Positions 10,260-21,592 of a stretch of 64,000 nt of DNA are shown here, one piece after another. The notes under the pieces are model-generated. The model was not told where the DNA came from and made no database searches. It was given only the letters and a program-made list of their open reading frames with translations. The number at the start of each line of letters is the position of its first letter. Positions within the stretch are counted from its first letter, which is position 1. A program made the position numbers and the translations under genes. The stretch lies in the NCBI RefSeq assembly GCF_053078305.1, contig NZ_CP166879.1. One strand, given 5' to 3'.

Positions 10260-12302
10260 ATGACGAATCCGTTACTGACTCCCTTTGAATTGCCTCCGTT
10301 TTCTAAAATTCTCCCGGAACATGTCGTTCCAGCCGTGACTCAGGCGCTGAACGACTGCCGCGAAAATGTGGAGCGCGTAGTAGCGCAAGGGGCACCGTAC
10401 ACCTGGGAAAATCTCTGCCAGCCGCTGGCGGAAGTGGACGATGTGTTAGGGCGTATCTTCTCCCCGGTCAGCCACCTGAACTCGGTGAAAAATAGCCCGG
10501 AACTGCGTGAAGCCTACGAGCAAACCCTGCCGCTGCTGTCGGAATACAGCACCTGGGTAGGGCAACATGAAGGGCTGTATAAAGCGTATCGCGACCTGCG
10601 CGATGGCGATCATTACGCCACGCTGAACACGGCGCAGAAAAAAGCGGTTGATAACGCACTGCGCGACTTTGAACTCTCTGGCATCGGTCTGCCGAAAGAG
10701 AAACAGCAGCGTTACGGCGAAATTGCTACCCGTCTTTCTGAACTGGGCAATCAGTACAGCAACAACGTTCTCGATGCGACGATGGGCTGGACCAAACTCG
10801 TTACCGACGAAGCGGAGCTGGCGGGGATGCCAGAAAGCGCGCTGGCTGCGGCAAAAGCCCAGGCCGAAGCGAAAGAGCTGGAAGGTTATTTACTGACGCT
10901 GGATATCCCAAGCTACCTGCCGGTAATGACCTACTGCGACAACCAGGCTCTGCGTGAAGAGATGTATCGCGCTTATAGCACTCGCGCCTCCGATCAAGGC
11001 CCGAACGCCGGTAAATGGGATAACAGCAAGGTGATGGAAGAGATCCTCGCTCTGCGTCACGAACTGGCGCAACTGCTGGGCTTTGAAAACTACGCCTTTA
11101 AATCCCTTGCCACTAAAATGGCAGAAAACCCGCAGCAGGTGCTTGATTTCTTAACCGATCTGGCAAAACGCGCGCGTCCGCAAGGCGAAAAAGAGCTGGC
11201 ACAACTGCGCGCCTTCGCCAAAGCCGAATTTGGCGTGGATGAGTTGCAGCCGTGGGATATCGCGTACTACAGCGAAAAACAAAAACAGCACCTCTACAGC
11301 ATCAGTGACGAACAGCTGCGTCCGTACTTCCCGGAAAACAAAGCGGTTAACGGCCTGTTTGAAGTGGTGAAACGTATTTACGGCATCACCGCTAAAGAGC
11401 GTAAAGATGTTGATGTCTGGCATCCGGATGTACGTTTCTTCGAACTGTATGACGAGAACAACGAACTGCGCGGTAGCTTCTACCTCGACCTGTATGCCCG
11501 TGAAAACAAGCGCGGCGGGGCGTGGATGGATGACTGCGTAGGCCAGATGCGTAAAGCCGACGGTTCGCTGCAAAAACCGGTCGCGTATCTGACCTGTAAC
11601 TTCAACCGCCCGGTGAATGGTAAACCGGCGCTGTTTACCCATGACGAAGTGATCACCCTGTTCCACGAGTTCGGTCATGGTCTGCACCATATGCTGACCC
11701 GCATCGAAACCGCCGGTGTATCCGGGATCAGTGGGGTGCCGTGGGATGCGGTCGAACTGCCGAGTCAGTTTATGGAAAACTGGTGCTGGGAGCCGGAGGC
11801 GCTGGCGTTTATCTCCGGTCACTATGAAACCGGCGAACCGTTGCCGAAGGAGTTGCTGGATAAAATGCTGGCGGCGAAGAACTACCAGGCGGCGCTGTTT
11901 ATTCTGCGCCAGCTGGAGTTCGGCCTGTTCGATTTCCGCCTCCATGCCGAGTTCCGCCCGGATCAGGGAGCGAAAATCCTCGAAACTCTGGCAGAAATCA
12001 AGAAACTGGTTGCCGTAGTACCGTCTCCATCCTGGGGCCGTTTCCCGCACGCTTTCAGCCATATTTTCGCCGGTGGTTATGCCGCAGGTTATTACAGTTA
12101 CCTGTGGGCCGACGTGCTGGCGGCAGATGCCTTCTCGCGGTTTGAGGAAGAGGGCATTTTCAACCGTGAAACCGGGCAGTCGTTCCTCGACAACATTCTG
12201 AGCCGTGGCGGTTCAGAAGAGCCGATGGATCTGTTCAAACGCTTCCGTGGTCGTGAACCGCAACTGGATGCGATGCTGGAGCATTACGGCATTAAGGGCT
12301 GA
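10260..12302 (+). CDS. prlC: Oligopeptidase A
   Basis: 680 aa from [14 protein letters not shown]; zinc-binding HEFGH motif ([12 protein letters not shown]); M3 peptidase family. Confidence 0.95.
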   Translation: MTNPLLTPFELPPFSKILPEHVVPAVTQALNDCRENVERVVAQGAPYTWENLCQPLAEVDDVLGRIFSPVSHLNSVKNSPELREAYEQTLPLLSEYSTWVGQHEGLYKAYRDLRDGDHYATLNTAQKKAVDNALRDFELSGIGLPKEKQQRYGEIATRLSELGNQYSNNVLDATMGWTKLVTDEAELAGMPESALAAAKAQAEAKELEGYLLTLDIPSYLPVMTYCDNQALREEMYRAYSTRASDQGPNAGKWDNSKVMEEILALRHELAQLLGFENYAFKSLATKMAENPQQVLDFLTDLAKRARPQGEKELAQLRAFAKAEFGVDELQPWDIAYYSEKQKQHLYSISDEQLRPYFPENKAVNGLFEVVKRIYGITAKERKDVDVWHPDVRFFELYDENNELRGSFYLDLYARENKRGGAWMDDCVGQMRKADGSLQKPVAYLTCNFNRPVNGKPALFTHDEVITLFHEFGHGLHHMLTRIETAGVSGISGVPWDAVELPSQFMENWCWEPEALAFISGHYETGEPLPKELLDKMLAAKNYQAALFILRQLEFGLFDFRLHAEFRPDQGAKILETLAEIKKLVAVVPSPSWGRFPHAFSHIFAGGYAAGYYSYLWADVLAADAFSRFEEEGIFNRETGQSFLDNILSRGGSEEPMDLFKRFRGREPQLDAMLEHYGIKG

Positions 12303-12309
12303 TCATTCA

Positions 12310-13068
12310 GTGAAAATCTGCTTAATTGATGAAACAGGCACCGGAGACGGTGCCTTATCTGTTCTGGCGGCCCGCTGGGGGCTGGAGCACGATGAAGACA
12401 ACCTGATGGCGCTGGTGTTAACGCCGGAACATCTGGAATTGCGCAAGCGTGATGAGCCAAAACTTGGCGGCATCTTTGTTGATTTTGTTGGCGGAGCGAT
12501 GGCGCACCGACGCAAATTCGGCGGTGGTCGCGGTGAGGCGGTGGCGAAAGCGGTGGGCATTAAAGGCGATTATTTGCCGGATGTGGTGGACGCTACCGCA
12601 GGGCTGGGGCGCGATGCCTTTGTGCTGGCTTCGGTCGGCTGCCGCGTGCGGATGCTGGAGCGTAATCCAGTCGTTGCCGCGCTACTCGACGACGGCCTGG
12701 CGCGTGGATATGCGGATGCGGAAATCGGCGGCTGGTTGCAGGAGCGGTTGCAGTTAATTCACGCCTCCAGCCTGACGGCGCTGACCGATATTACCCCGCG
12801 CCCGCAGGTGGTTTATCTCGACCCGATGTTCCCGCATAAGCAGAAAAGCGCGCTGGTGAAAAAAGAGATGCGTGTCTTTCAGTCGCTGGTGGGGCCGGAT
12901 CTTGATGCCGATGGATTACTGGAGCCTGCACGCTTGCTGGCGACCAAACGCGTGGTGGTAAAGCGCCCGGACTACGCGCCACCGCTGGCGAATGTCGCCA
13001 CGCCAAACGCGGTAGTCACTAAAGGGCATCGCTTTGATATCTACGCCGGAACGCCGTCAGTCGATTAA
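12310..13068 (+). CDS. rsmJ: 16S rRNA m2G1516 methyltransferase RsmJ (YhiQ), GTG start
   Basis: [25 protein letters not shown]...; GTG start 8 nt after prlC stop; about 252 aa. Confidence 0.85.
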   Translation: MKICLIDETGTGDGALSVLAARWGLEHDEDNLMALVLTPEHLELRKRDEPKLGGIFVDFVGGAMAHRRKFGGGRGEAVAKAVGIKGDYLPDVVDATAGLGRDAFVLASVGCRVRMLERNPVVAALLDDGLARGYADAEIGGWLQERLQLIHASSLTALTDITPRPQVVYLDPMFPHKQKSALVKKEMRVFQSLVGPDLDADGLLEPARLLATKRVVVKRPDYAPPLANVATPNAVVTKGHRFDIYAGTPSVD

Positions 13069-13268
13069 CCGCCCGTTATTGCCGGGCTGCGTTGCTGCCC
13101 GGATCTCCTCAACCTTCTCCTCCTCTGATGTTATATAACTAAAACACGCAAAATCGTGCAGTCTGTGTATGGTTTTGTAATTTCTTTGTGTTGATTAATT
13201 TATTGAAAATAAACTGTTAAAGAGATAAATCTCGATCGTCGTCACAGATCATCTTTTGCTGCATGGTT

Positions 13269-13314
13269 TATGCGTTTTTATGCGCATATTATCTTAAATA
13301 CGCAAAAACATGCA
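13269..13314. promoter_or_regulatory. Candidate operator/promoter upstream of the epimerase operon of the PTS island
   Basis: ttATGCGtttttATGCGCAtat and tACGCAaaaacATGCA within 60 bp of the start codon; related motifs recur at 21671..21715. Confidence 0.3.
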
Positions 13315-13330
13315 AAAGAAGGAATTTGAA

Positions 13331-14041
13331 ATGGCTGCCCCGAAAATTGTTTTATCTCCGTCGCTGATGTGCGCGGATTTGCTCAATTTGAGCGATGCGG
13401 TAAAAGCGCTGGAGGAGATTGGCGTCGATGCCCTGCATATTGATCTCATTGATAGCGCTTTCAGCCCCAGTATGCCGCTGGGGCTGGAGACGATTAAGCA
13501 GTTACGTAAAGCGACAAACCTGCCTTTTGATATCCACATTATGTCGATGAATAACGAGTGGTTTATCCAGCAGGTTCTTGAGATTGGCGTGCAGCGAGTT
13601 TCCTTTCACTATGAGACGTCGTTGCACCCTGACAGGCTGGTTAATCTCATTAAAAAACACAATGTTGAAGTTGGCGTGGCGTTAAATCCTGCCACCAGCT
13701 TAACGTCGCTGGATTACCTTCTGCCTTCGCTGGATTACGTTTTGCTGATGCTGATTAATCCGGGCTTTGCGGGAGATAAAAATGAGACACAGGTGCCTTA
13801 TGCCATTGAAAAAGTGCGTAACCTGCGGGAGAAAATTTGCGGGATAGATTCAGGTGCCGCCATCCAGGTCGATGGTCGGGTTTCTTTTGCCTCGATCCCT
13901 GGGCTTATCGCCGCTGGTGCGAATAATCTGGTACTTGGCAGCACTGGGCTGTTTATTAAAGGCGCGACGCTTGCCGACAATAAAACGCAGTTGGATCGCT
14001 ATGTGCGTGAAGGTTTGGCACAGTCAGGAGGCCAGCAATGA
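13331..14041 (+). CDS. Ribulose-phosphate 3-epimerase family protein (AlsE/Rpe-like ketose-phosphate 3-epimerase)
   Basis: 237 aa; ...PSLMCADLLNL...HIDLIDSAF.P... TIM-barrel epimerase signature; AAGGAA RBS 9 nt upstream of ATG. Confidence 0.8.
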   Translation: MAAPKIVLSPSLMCADLLNLSDAVKALEEIGVDALHIDLIDSAFSPSMPLGLETIKQLRKATNLPFDIHIMSMNNEWFIQQVLEIGVQRVSFHYETSLHPDRLVNLIKKHNVEVGVALNPATSLTSLDYLLPSLDYVLLMLINPGFAGDKNETQVPYAIEKVRNLREKICGIDSGAAIQVDGRVSFASIPGLIAAGANNLVLGSTGLFIKGATLADNKTQLDRYVREGLAQSGGQQ

Positions 14042-14595
14042 GTTATCAGACTAATCAGGAAAACGTGCTGGCTGAGTTACGCGCCACGCTGGGAAATATC
14101 AGCGCCGATGAGGTTGAACGCTTAATTGCAAGGATCGAAGCGGCAGAGAACGTCTTTTTTGTCGGCGTTGGCCGGGTGCTGTTGTCATTGCAGGCAATGG
14201 CAAAACGGCTGGCGCATCTGGGTATTAAAACCTACGTCGTTGGGCAAATTACGGAGCCTGCCATCACCGAGCGCGATCTGCTTATCGTGGGTTCCGGAAG
14301 CGGTGAGAGCATGTTTCCTCTCGGCATTGCCAGAAAAGCGAAAAGCTTTCATGCAAGCGTTGTGCATATTGGCGCAAATCCCGAAAGCAGTATGAAAGCG
14401 TATAGCGACCTTTTTGTGCGCATCGGTGTAAAAACCAAACTCAACTTACCTTCTGAAATCCCCTCCATTCAGCCGATGACCTCTCTTTTCGAGCAATCTT
14501 TACTGCTGCTGGGAGACATCGTTGCCCTGGAATTAATCGGCAAGAGAAAAATCAATATGCATGAGCTGTGGCAGTTCCATGCCAACCTTGAATAA
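14038..14595 (+). CDS. SIS-domain sugar-phosphate isomerase (6-phospho-3-hexuloisomerase-like)
   Basis: 185 aa; start overlaps previous stop (ATGA); SIS-type fold pattern VFFVGVGR...LLIVGSGSGES. Confidence 0.7.
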   Translation: MSYQTNQENVLAELRATLGNISADEVERLIARIEAAENVFFVGVGRVLLSLQAMAKRLAHLGIKTYVVGQITEPAITERDLLIVGSGSGESMFPLGIARKAKSFHASVVHIGANPESSMKAYSDLFVRIGVKTKLNLPSEIPSIQPMTSLFEQSLLLLGDIVALELIGKRKINMHELWQFHANLE

Positions 14596-14675
14596 ATGCC
14601 CGCGGCATCAATGATTTCCGCCATATCTGATAAGCCTGTTTTCAGATATGGCGCTTTTTATTTGAAGGAATAACT

Positions 14676-15326
14676 ATGTTTTCAGCAGTTATCTTTGATA
14701 TGGATGGCGTGCTTGTTGATTCGGAACCGGTGTGGCGAGAAGTGGAGTGCGAATACTACCTGCGCAATTACGGCTTATCCCTGCAACGTGAAGATTTCGA
14801 CCCTTTTACCGGTATGCCAGTCACCATTTTTTTACGCAAGTTGCATCAACGCCACGCTCTTCCGGAAGATAACCTCCGGCAGGTGCATGATACGATAGTG
14901 GAAGAAGTCGCCCGGCGAATCAGGCTCAAACCTGCGCCATTGCCGGGGGTATATGAATTACTCAATCACCTGCATCAGCACAATATTCCGCTGGCGGTGG
15001 CGTCATCTTCGCCGCAGCGGCAGATAGATAATGTTCTCAGCACCCTGAATATGCGCCACTATTTCTCTGCCGTGATTTCTGCCGAAGGGCTGGCGCATGG
15101 CAAACCGCATCCGGAGATTTTTCTCACCGCCGCATTGATGACAGGTCAAGAGCCAGAATTTTGCCTGGTGATTGAAGATTCGCTCAATGGCGTTGTTGCA
15201 GCAAAAGCGGCGGGTATGCACGTTATTGCGCTACCGGCAGAGCACCAGCAGGACGACCCGCGCTTTACGCTTGCTGACGGCAAAGTGACCAGTCACTGGC
15301 AAATTCTCGAACGGTTTTGCGAATAA
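14676..15326 (+). CDS. HAD-superfamily sugar phosphatase / beta-phosphoglucomutase-like hydrolase
   Basis: 216 aa; N-terminal DxD motif VIFDMDGVLVDSE, C-terminal EDS.NG motif; GAAGGA RBS. Confidence 0.75.
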   Translation: MFSAVIFDMDGVLVDSEPVWREVECEYYLRNYGLSLQREDFDPFTGMPVTIFLRKLHQRHALPEDNLRQVHDTIVEEVARRIRLKPAPLPGVYELLNHLHQHNIPLAVASSSPQRQIDNVLSTLNMRHYFSAVISAEGLAHGKPHPEIFLTAALMTGQEPEFCLVIEDSLNGVVAAKAAGMHVIALPAEHQQDDPRFTLADGKVTSHWQILERFCE

Positions 15327-15353
15327 AAAAGAGACTGATGACAAACGAAAAAA

Positions 15354-15458
15354 CTGCCTGATGCGCTACGCTTATCAGGCCTACATGGTTTGTGCAATAT
15401 ATTGAATTTGCATGATTTTGTAGGCCGGATAAGGCGTTCACGCCGCATCCGGCATGAA
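15354..15458. repeat. REP/BIME-type extragenic palindromic element pair
   Basis: ctgcctgatgcgctacgcttatcaggcctaca ... tgtaggccggataaggcgttcacgccgcatccggcatg between convergent HAD and dehydrogenase genes. Confidence 0.6.
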
Positions 15459-15489
15459 CAAAGCGCACTTTGTCAACAATCTGAGATAA

Positions 15490-16590
15490 TTAATGGTATT
15501 TTTTGCCGTATGCGTCGGCCGCAATTAACGCCGCGACGACGCTTTCTGGCGTGATCTCAAAAGGTTCGTTATGCATCGTTTCGCCAGGCTGGCAGGCGGC
15601 CTGGGCAATTTTCATCAAATGTTCTGGTGAACTATTGGTTATGCCAATTTCGGCAAGCGTCACCGGCAGCCCGACGCTTCGGTAAAACGTATAAACCTGG
15701 GCTATCAGCTCCGGTTTTCTGTCGGTCATTAGCAGCATGGCCAGGGTGCCAAAGGCCACTTTTTCGCCATGCCAGAACGCTTTCGTTTCAGGCACAACCG
15801 TCAGCCCGTTATGAATGGCGTGCGCGGCAGCAAGCCCGCCGCTCTCAAAGCCCAGCCCGGAAAGTAGCGTATTAGCTTCGATAACATGTTCAAGGGCGGG
15901 GGTAACCTGATGCATACGGCAAGCCGTTACCGCCTGTTCGCCGTACTCCAGGATGGTGTCGAAGCACAATTTCGCCAGCGCATAGGCAGACATCGGCCCC
16001 GGACGACCGGTCATATTCCCTGCGCCTTTGATCCGGCAATCTTCGGCTTCAAACCAGGTTGCCAGGGCATCACCGATACCCGAGAGCAGGAAACGCACCG
16101 GCGCATTGGCCACCACCAGCGAGTCGATGAAAACAAGCGACGGGTTATGGGGGATCATCATATAACGCTTGAACTGACCCTGGGCCGTGTAGATGACAAC
16201 CAGCGAGCTGCATGGCGCATCGGTAGACGCCAGAGTAGGGATGACGATGATCGGTAAATTAAGAGTAGCACCGACGGCCTTGGCGGTGTCCAGCGTTTTG
16301 CCGCCGCCGATACCCACAATCATCTTCGCGCCACAGGCCTGCGTGCATTTGCAGATCCGTTCAATTTCTTCATCGCAGCATTCGCGATTAAAAATTTCCA
16401 GCTCGTAAGTGAAGTCTTCGTTTAGCGCGTCGGCTATTTTGCCGCCGATGGTTTGATTAACCACCGGATCTTCCAGAATCATTGCCTTGTTGCCAAAACG
16501 GGATAACTCCTCACCTAAACATTGCTCAATAGCTCCCGCGCCCTGAATATATCTTCCAGGGAATATCGCTGTGGTAATCATAATCATCAA
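15490..16590 (-). CDS. Glycerol dehydrogenase family (iron-containing polyol dehydrogenase, GldA-like)
   Basis: 366 aa; strong similarity to recalled GldA (GIGGGKTLDTAKA, APTLASTDAPCS, LLSGLGFESGGLAAAHAIHNG). Confidence 0.85.
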   Translation of the reverse strand: MMIMITTAIFPGRYIQGAGAIEQCLGEELSRFGNKAMILEDPVVNQTIGGKIADALNEDFTYELEIFNRECCDEEIERICKCTQACGAKMIVGIGGGKTLDTAKAVGATLNLPIIVIPTLASTDAPCSSLVVIYTAQGQFKRYMMIPHNPSLVFIDSLVVANAPVRFLLSGIGDALATWFEAEDCRIKGAGNMTGRPGPMSAYALAKLCFDTILEYGEQAVTACRMHQVTPALEHVIEANTLLSGLGFESGGLAAAHAIHNGLTVVPETKAFWHGEKVAFGTLAMLLMTDRKPELIAQVYTFYRSVGLPVTLAEIGITNSSPEHLMKIAQAACQPGETMHNEPFEITPESVVAALIAADAYGKKYH

Positions 16591-16638
16591 TCCTTAATAT
16601 TAGAGCGCTTATTAAGTAATAAGCGCCAGCAGATAAAA

Positions 16639-16935
16639 CTATTCACCTAAGCCGTTTTCAATTTCAGTGCTCAGCTGTTGTAATGCACGTTGTGCGTCTT
16701 CACCATCAAAAATAACACTGACTTCATGCCCGTTTTTTATTCCCAGCGACATTAACGCCATAAGACTTTTTGCGTTAACGTAATGATCATTGCGTGACAA
16801 GTTGGCAATTTTTACCGCGCAGTTAAACGGTTTTAAAATATTCACCATATACGCACCGGGTCGGGCGTGAATACCATGTTCATTTTTAATAATAAAATTC
16901 GCACTGCATGTTGATTCAGACATCATAATTAACAC
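16639..16935 (-). CDS. HPr-family PTS phosphocarrier protein (island-encoded paralog)
   Basis: 98 aa; GIHARPGA active-site His motif. Confidence 0.7.
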   Translation of the reverse strand: MLIMMSESTCSANFIIKNEHGIHARPGAYMVNILKPFNCAVKIANLSRNDHYVNAKSLMALMSLGIKNGHEVSVIFDGEDAQRALQQLSTEIENGLGE

Positions 16936-18101
16936 GGTATGGCTGGAATTAAATTTTCAGCATCCAGCGCTAAATATTGTTGAGCAACGTTTAGCGTGAC
17001 GGGATGATCTTTCGGCAAACCGATAATTTGCGCGGTTGTCGTCAGCAAGCCCTTTTTCTGCATCTGCTGTTGCAGATTTACAGAAGCGCGGTCGTCTTCG
17101 GCATAGTAAGCGAGGCCACAGGCGATGGCTTTGGTAAGCGGTGAATAATCAAGATTGTATTTCAGGCAAAGCTGCACCACGCCCATTAAGCGGTCTTTAA
17201 AGGCTAATTTGCGCACGGGATCATAGGCGACGCGATGGATTGAGTCGGGGAGCTCGTTCTTGGCTTTCGGCAAATATTCCAGGTCCGTAAGGGCTTCACG
17301 GGTGATTTGCGGATATTCTGTCATCACCGCCTTGATGGTGACGTCGTGTACCGCATTGGCTAATGCGGCTACTTCCGGGTCTGCGGAGGCATCCGGAATG
17401 GTGTTATAACCTTTCAGGTGTCCGTAATAAGCAGTGGTGGCGTGTGGGCCATTGATGGTAAAGACTTTAATGTCTTTAAGCATTTCCAGATGATCACGTG
17501 GCTCCAGCCATTCCACGTCGCTAATGTCATTGTACAGCGGGGTTTGAATCAATAAGGAGGCGACAGCGGTGCTATCGATCTGCGTTGCGTAATGCGTTTC
17601 GGCATCGGTTGAACGTCTGACGATCGAGTCACGAATGGCGACATGGGAATCAAACCAGTCTCGCGCCTGCGCTGAAGGAATGGCATTGCGATACCAGGCT
17701 TCAATGTCTTTAATAATATGATTTTTATTGGTCAGGCAAATGAGCGTCATTTTTTTATCAGGGTCAACTTTAAACTGCTGTTCAAAGCATTTTCCGAGAT
17801 AATGCGCAGACTCTTCAAAATCTTCCGGATATAGCGGACACATAATAACGGAAGATTCCAGGAAGTCATTCATTACGGAGTAGTTATCATCTGTAGCAAA
17901 GGCACGAAAATTGGTTACCTCATGCATGATGATATCATCGGTGCGGAATACCTGAACGGTATATTTATTATGACGATTTAATTCATCAATAACTCGTGGA
18001 TCTTTATCAAGGAAAGTAATATTCCAGCCTGCGTTATCAAAAGTTTCTCCAACAAAACCTTTACCAAGGCGGCCAGCGCCGATAATTAATACGCGTTTCA
18101 T
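16929..18101 (-). CDS. Mannitol-1-phosphate 5-dehydrogenase family (polyol-phosphate dehydrogenase)
   Basis: 390 aa; N-terminal Rossmann MKRVLIIGAGRLGKGFVG and FTINGPHATTAYYGHLKGYNTIPDA resembling MtlD. Confidence 0.8.
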   Translation of the reverse strand: MKRVLIIGAGRLGKGFVGETFDNAGWNITFLDKDPRVIDELNRHNKYTVQVFRTDDIIMHEVTNFRAFATDDNYSVMNDFLESSVIMCPLYPEDFEESAHYLGKCFEQQFKVDPDKKMTLICLTNKNHIIKDIEAWYRNAIPSAQARDWFDSHVAIRDSIVRRSTDAETHYATQIDSTAVASLLIQTPLYNDISDVEWLEPRDHLEMLKDIKVFTINGPHATTAYYGHLKGYNTIPDASADPEVAALANAVHDVTIKAVMTEYPQITREALTDLEYLPKAKNELPDSIHRVAYDPVRKLAFKDRLMGVVQLCLKYNLDYSPLTKAIACGLAYYAEDDRASVNLQQQMQKKGLLTTTAQIIGLPKDHPVTLNVAQQYLALDAENLIPAIPC

Positions 18102-18118
18102 TAAAATACCTCATGTTT

Positions 18119-18817
18119 TTAGATGTCCTTACTCGTAAATATATAGTTAATATCCTTGAGTGAGGACACGACGAAATTAGAACGCGTCTCAAGTTTTTCC
18201 TCTGTTACGAGGATGGCAACTTCATTTGAGACTTGAGCCATTTTTTGTTTGGTATAGCACTCATCTAGACCAGGAATGGTAACACCCACTTCGCTATCAA
18301 CATGCGCAACACCCATGAAATAAATATCAGGGCGAATTGCCTCAAGTTCGCGAATAGTCTCTGCGCCAATCAACACTAAAGAGTTTTTATACAGGCGACC
18401 ACCAAGACCAATGACCTCTACATTCTGATAATCACTTAAAAGATGCAGAATAGGTATGTTATTGGAGACAACCGTACACTTTAAATCTTTAGGGATCAGC
18501 TTTACTAATTCGTAATTAGTTGTTCCTCCATCAATTAAAATGACGCTATTTTCTTTAATTAAATGTACTGCTTTCTTTGCAAGCTTGACCTTCTCATTAA
18601 TATTCAGATCTTGCCTGACGTTAAAGTCGGTAATGGCAGGCCCCACACGAATCGCGCCGCTATGAACCCGACGAATTAACCCCTGGTTAGCCAGTTCATT
18701 TAAGTCGCGTCTTATGGTGTCTTCAGAAACCTTAAGACGCTCACTTAATTTACTGGCAACAATCTTTTTCTCTTTCTCAAGTATTTGAAGGATAATGTCT
18801 TGTCTGGCAGCTTTCAT
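18119..18817 (-). CDS. DeoR-family transcriptional regulator
   Basis: 232 aa; N-terminal HTH (...LSERLKVSEDTIRRDLNELANQGLIRRVHSGA) and C-terminal sugar-phosphate-binding domain. Confidence 0.85.
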   Translation of the reverse strand: MKAARQDIILQILEKEKKIVASKLSERLKVSEDTIRRDLNELANQGLIRRVHSGAIRVGPAITDFNVRQDLNINEKVKLAKKAVHLIKENSVILIDGGTTNYELVKLIPKDLKCTVVSNNIPILHLLSDYQNVEVIGLGGRLYKNSLVLIGAETIRELEAIRPDIYFMGVAHVDSEVGVTIPGLDECYTKQKMAQVSNEVAILVTEEKLETRSNFVVSSLKDINYIFTSKDI

Positions 18818-18857
18818 CGTAACATACTCATTTTATTCATAGAATAATGAGTATATC

Positions 18858-19286
18858 TTAGATGTTGAGTACTTGTAAAACCTGTTCAATGGTTTTAGCG
18901 TTACGCAATGCTTTAACATTATCTTCGTCAATACAAATTAAGGCGATCTTATTTAACAGATCCAAGTGTTCGCCTTCTTTTCCGGCAATGCCAATGGTTA
19001 TATAGGCAGTATTCCCATCGCCAAAATCAATACCATCGGGAAACTGTACCAGAGAGATTCCAGATTTAACAATCTCGCAATCTGAACCATCAGTGCCATG
19101 GGGAATTGCCAGACCATTACCAAGATAGGTTGAAACGATCTCCTCCCTTAGTTTCATTCTCTGGATGTATTCTTCAGTGACATAACCATTTTGTTTAAGA
19201 ATATTACCAGTAAGAGTAATAGCCTCGTATTTATCTCCTGCTTTTGCGTTCAGGATAATGTTATTCGGTGAGAAAATGGATGTCAT
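18858..19286 (-). CDS. PTS EIIA component, mannitol/fructose family
   Basis: 142 aa; phosphorylatable His in GNGLAIPHGT. Confidence 0.85.
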   Translation of the reverse strand: MTSIFSPNNIILNAKAGDKYEAITLTGNILKQNGYVTEEYIQRMKLREEIVSTYLGNGLAIPHGTDGSDCEIVKSGISLVQFPDGIDFGDGNTAYITIGIAGKEGEHLDLLNKIALICIDEDNVKALRNAKTIEQVLQVLNI

Positions 19287-20761
19287 GCCGTCGCCTCCTC
19301 ACGTTGAGTAACATTTTCTTGCGTTTTTATATAGGACACAGCCTCATCATAGTCACTTAACTTAATAAAGTTTTTCACCGTCATAAAAACAGTATTTTCA
19401 TTCTCGCAACTTAGTCTTGCGCGTTCGAGTAGTCCGGAAAGCGTAATGACAATATCGTAATCTCTACCTACTCTGTTTGCGGAATCGTTGACAACAGTTA
19501 TGTAATCGAGCCCTTCAGCTTTTAACCGTTTTCGTAAAACAGATGCCCCCATTGCGCTGGACCCCATGCCTGAATCACAGGCAACCAAAATGCGTTGAAC
19601 GGTTTTATTACTGGTTGCCGCCGTCACGTTTGAGATGCCAGGGACAAAGTCGCTAACAGATCTCACCTGACGACCACCGACGATGACCGGATTTTCTTCG
19701 TCATCATCTTCTGAACCGGGGCTAATTTTGAGAATTAACCAGCCAAGTGTACAGGAGACGACAAAACCGGCGCTGATAGATACCAGGTTGGCAATAATCG
19801 CACTTTTAGGCGTCATCATGGCGATGGCGATCAAACTCCCCGGCGAAGCCACACCGATCAAACCGCCGCCCATGATCACCTGTAAGAACAAAGAGACAGC
19901 AAGGCCGCCCATTGTTGCGAAGACTAACAACGGATTAGCCAGTACAAACGGGAAGTAGACTTCACCAATCCCTGCAATACCGGCGATAAACATCGCCATT
20001 GGTGCTGTTTTCTTCGCACGACTACGACCAAACAGGGCTATGGCCATCAATGTTCCGAGCAAGGGACCGTTATTGGTATCCACAAGGAACATAATTGATT
20101 TACCCAATTCAGGAACTTGGGCAAAACCAATTGGCGCGAGAATACCGTGGTTCACCACGTTATTCAGGAAAAGCACCTGTGCAGGAGCCATAAATACTGA
20201 TAATAACGGCAGTAAATTATGACTGGTACACCAGTTCACGCCTGAAGTGATAATAACGATCAGGACGCGGATAACCGGCCCCACTGTCATATAAGCAAAG
20301 ATTGCACAAAGCAGTCCTATTATTCCCAGACTGAAATTATTTACAAACATCTCGAAGCCAGGTTTAATTCGGTGCTGTACTTTCTGGTCAAACTTTTTCA
20401 ATAGCCAGGACGATAACGGCCCCATGACCATCGCGCCGCTTATCATGGTTATTTCAGAACCTACGATGACGCCCATCGTTGCGAAAGCAGCGATGACCCC
20501 TCCGCGCTGACCGTGAATGTTATAACCTGCGGTATATCCAATAAGTAATGGGAAAAGATAATTCAGGATGGGGCCGACCATCTGGCCTAATTTTTCATTA
20601 GGAAACCATCCATTAGGAATGAAGATAGCGGCCATTAACCCCCATCCTACAAAGGCACCCAGATTCGGCATTACCATGCCGCTCATTACTCCACCAAACT
20701 TTCTTATTTTCGCTAACGCAGGGCTATTGGCTATTTTACTGTTCCCCATGGTCGGCTCCAT
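19283..20761 (-). CDS. PTS EIICB component, mannitol-type (MtlA/CmtA-like)
   Basis: 492 aa; N-terminal IIC membrane domain (MPNLGAFVGWGLMAAIFIPNGWFPNE) and C-terminal IIB with Cys motif ILVACDSGMGSSAM. Confidence 0.85.
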   Translation of the reverse strand: MEPTMGNSKIANSPALAKIRKFGGVMSGMVMPNLGAFVGWGLMAAIFIPNGWFPNEKLGQMVGPILNYLFPLLIGYTAGYNIHGQRGGVIAAFATMGVIVGSEITMISGAMVMGPLSSWLLKKFDQKVQHRIKPGFEMFVNNFSLGIIGLLCAIFAYMTVGPVIRVLIVIITSGVNWCTSHNLLPLLSVFMAPAQVLFLNNVVNHGILAPIGFAQVPELGKSIMFLVDTNNGPLLGTLMAIALFGRSRAKKTAPMAMFIAGIAGIGEVYFPFVLANPLLVFATMGGLAVSLFLQVIMGGGLIGVASPGSLIAIAMMTPKSAIIANLVSISAGFVVSCTLGWLILKISPGSEDDDEENPVIVGGRQVRSVSDFVPGISNVTAATSNKTVQRILVACDSGMGSSAMGASVLRKRLKAEGLDYITVVNDSANRVGRDYDIVITLSGLLERARLSCENENTVFMTVKNFIKLSDYDEAVSYIKTQENVTQREEATA

Positions 20762-20776
20762 TTTAGTGATTATTGA

Positions 20777-21592
20777 TTAATGGTGTGATTTACCGCCGGT
20801 GATATTGATCACGGAACCGGTAATGTAGGAAGAACGATCCGAAACCAGGAAAGAAATTAAGTCAGCGATTTCTTCGAGTTTGCCAGGGCGACCAAGCGGG
20901 ATAATTCCTTTGTAATCTTTATGAACATGTGAGGGATCTGTGCCGCGTGTATAAGCAAGAGCACGGAAATTCGCTTCGCTGTTCATAGGAGTAGGAACGT
21001 TTATAGCTGGTTCAACGCTGACAACGCGAACGTTAAACGGGCCCAGTTCTTTTGCCCATGAAAAGGTGAATGCATTGACGGCGGCTTTTGTCGCTGAATA
21101 ACAGCTTTGTCCACGCGATCCCTGAACACCTGCTTCAGATGTCATATTAATAATGACGCCTGACTGCTGTTCGACCATCTGACGAGCTACGGCCTGCGAT
21201 ACCAGGTAAACGGCTTTTTGATTCACTCCCACCATAAAATCAAAGTCGTCTTCACTAAGTTCGTACTCTGGTTTTTGTTTAAATACATCGACCAACAGTC
21301 GCGGGCGGCTGACCCCGGCGTTATTAACCAGGCCATCAATATGACCAAACTTTTCTACGACTGCCTGTGTGAGAGCTTCAACCTGGGTCTTTTTTGTGAC
21401 ATCACATTTTATAAAGGTAATGCCTTCCATCTCATTAAAGCTCTGGTTGGGAGCCAGATCGGCATAAACGACATTTGCGCCATTTGCAGAGAGGTTTTCG
21501 ACCATTTTTTCGCCTAACCCCATACTGCCCCCGGTCACGATCACCACTTTTCCTGAGAGATCCAACCATTTGTTTGCTTGATCCATCTTCAT
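20777..21592 (-). CDS. Short-chain dehydrogenase/reductase (sorbitol-6-phosphate dehydrogenase-like)
   Basis: 271 aa; TGGSMGLG cofactor motif; YSATK catalytic motif. Confidence 0.8.
   Translation of the reverse strand: MKMDQANKWLDLSGKVVIVTGGSMGLGEKMVENLSANGANVVYADLAPNQSFNEMEGITFIKCDVTKKTQVEALTQAVVEKFGHIDGLVNNAGVSRPRLLVDVFKQKPEYELSEDDFDFMVGVNQKAVYLVSQAVARQMVEQQSGVIINMTSEAGVQGSRGQSCYSATKAAVNAFTFSWAKELGPFNVRVVSVEPAINVPTPMNSEANFRALAYTRGTDPSHVHKDYKGIIPLGRPGKLEEIADLISFLVSDRSSYITGSVINITGGKSHH

Noticed and set aside
11151-12062. 303-aa minus-strand ORF inside prlC
   Set aside because: Antisense to the well-supported oligopeptidase A gene; no independent support.
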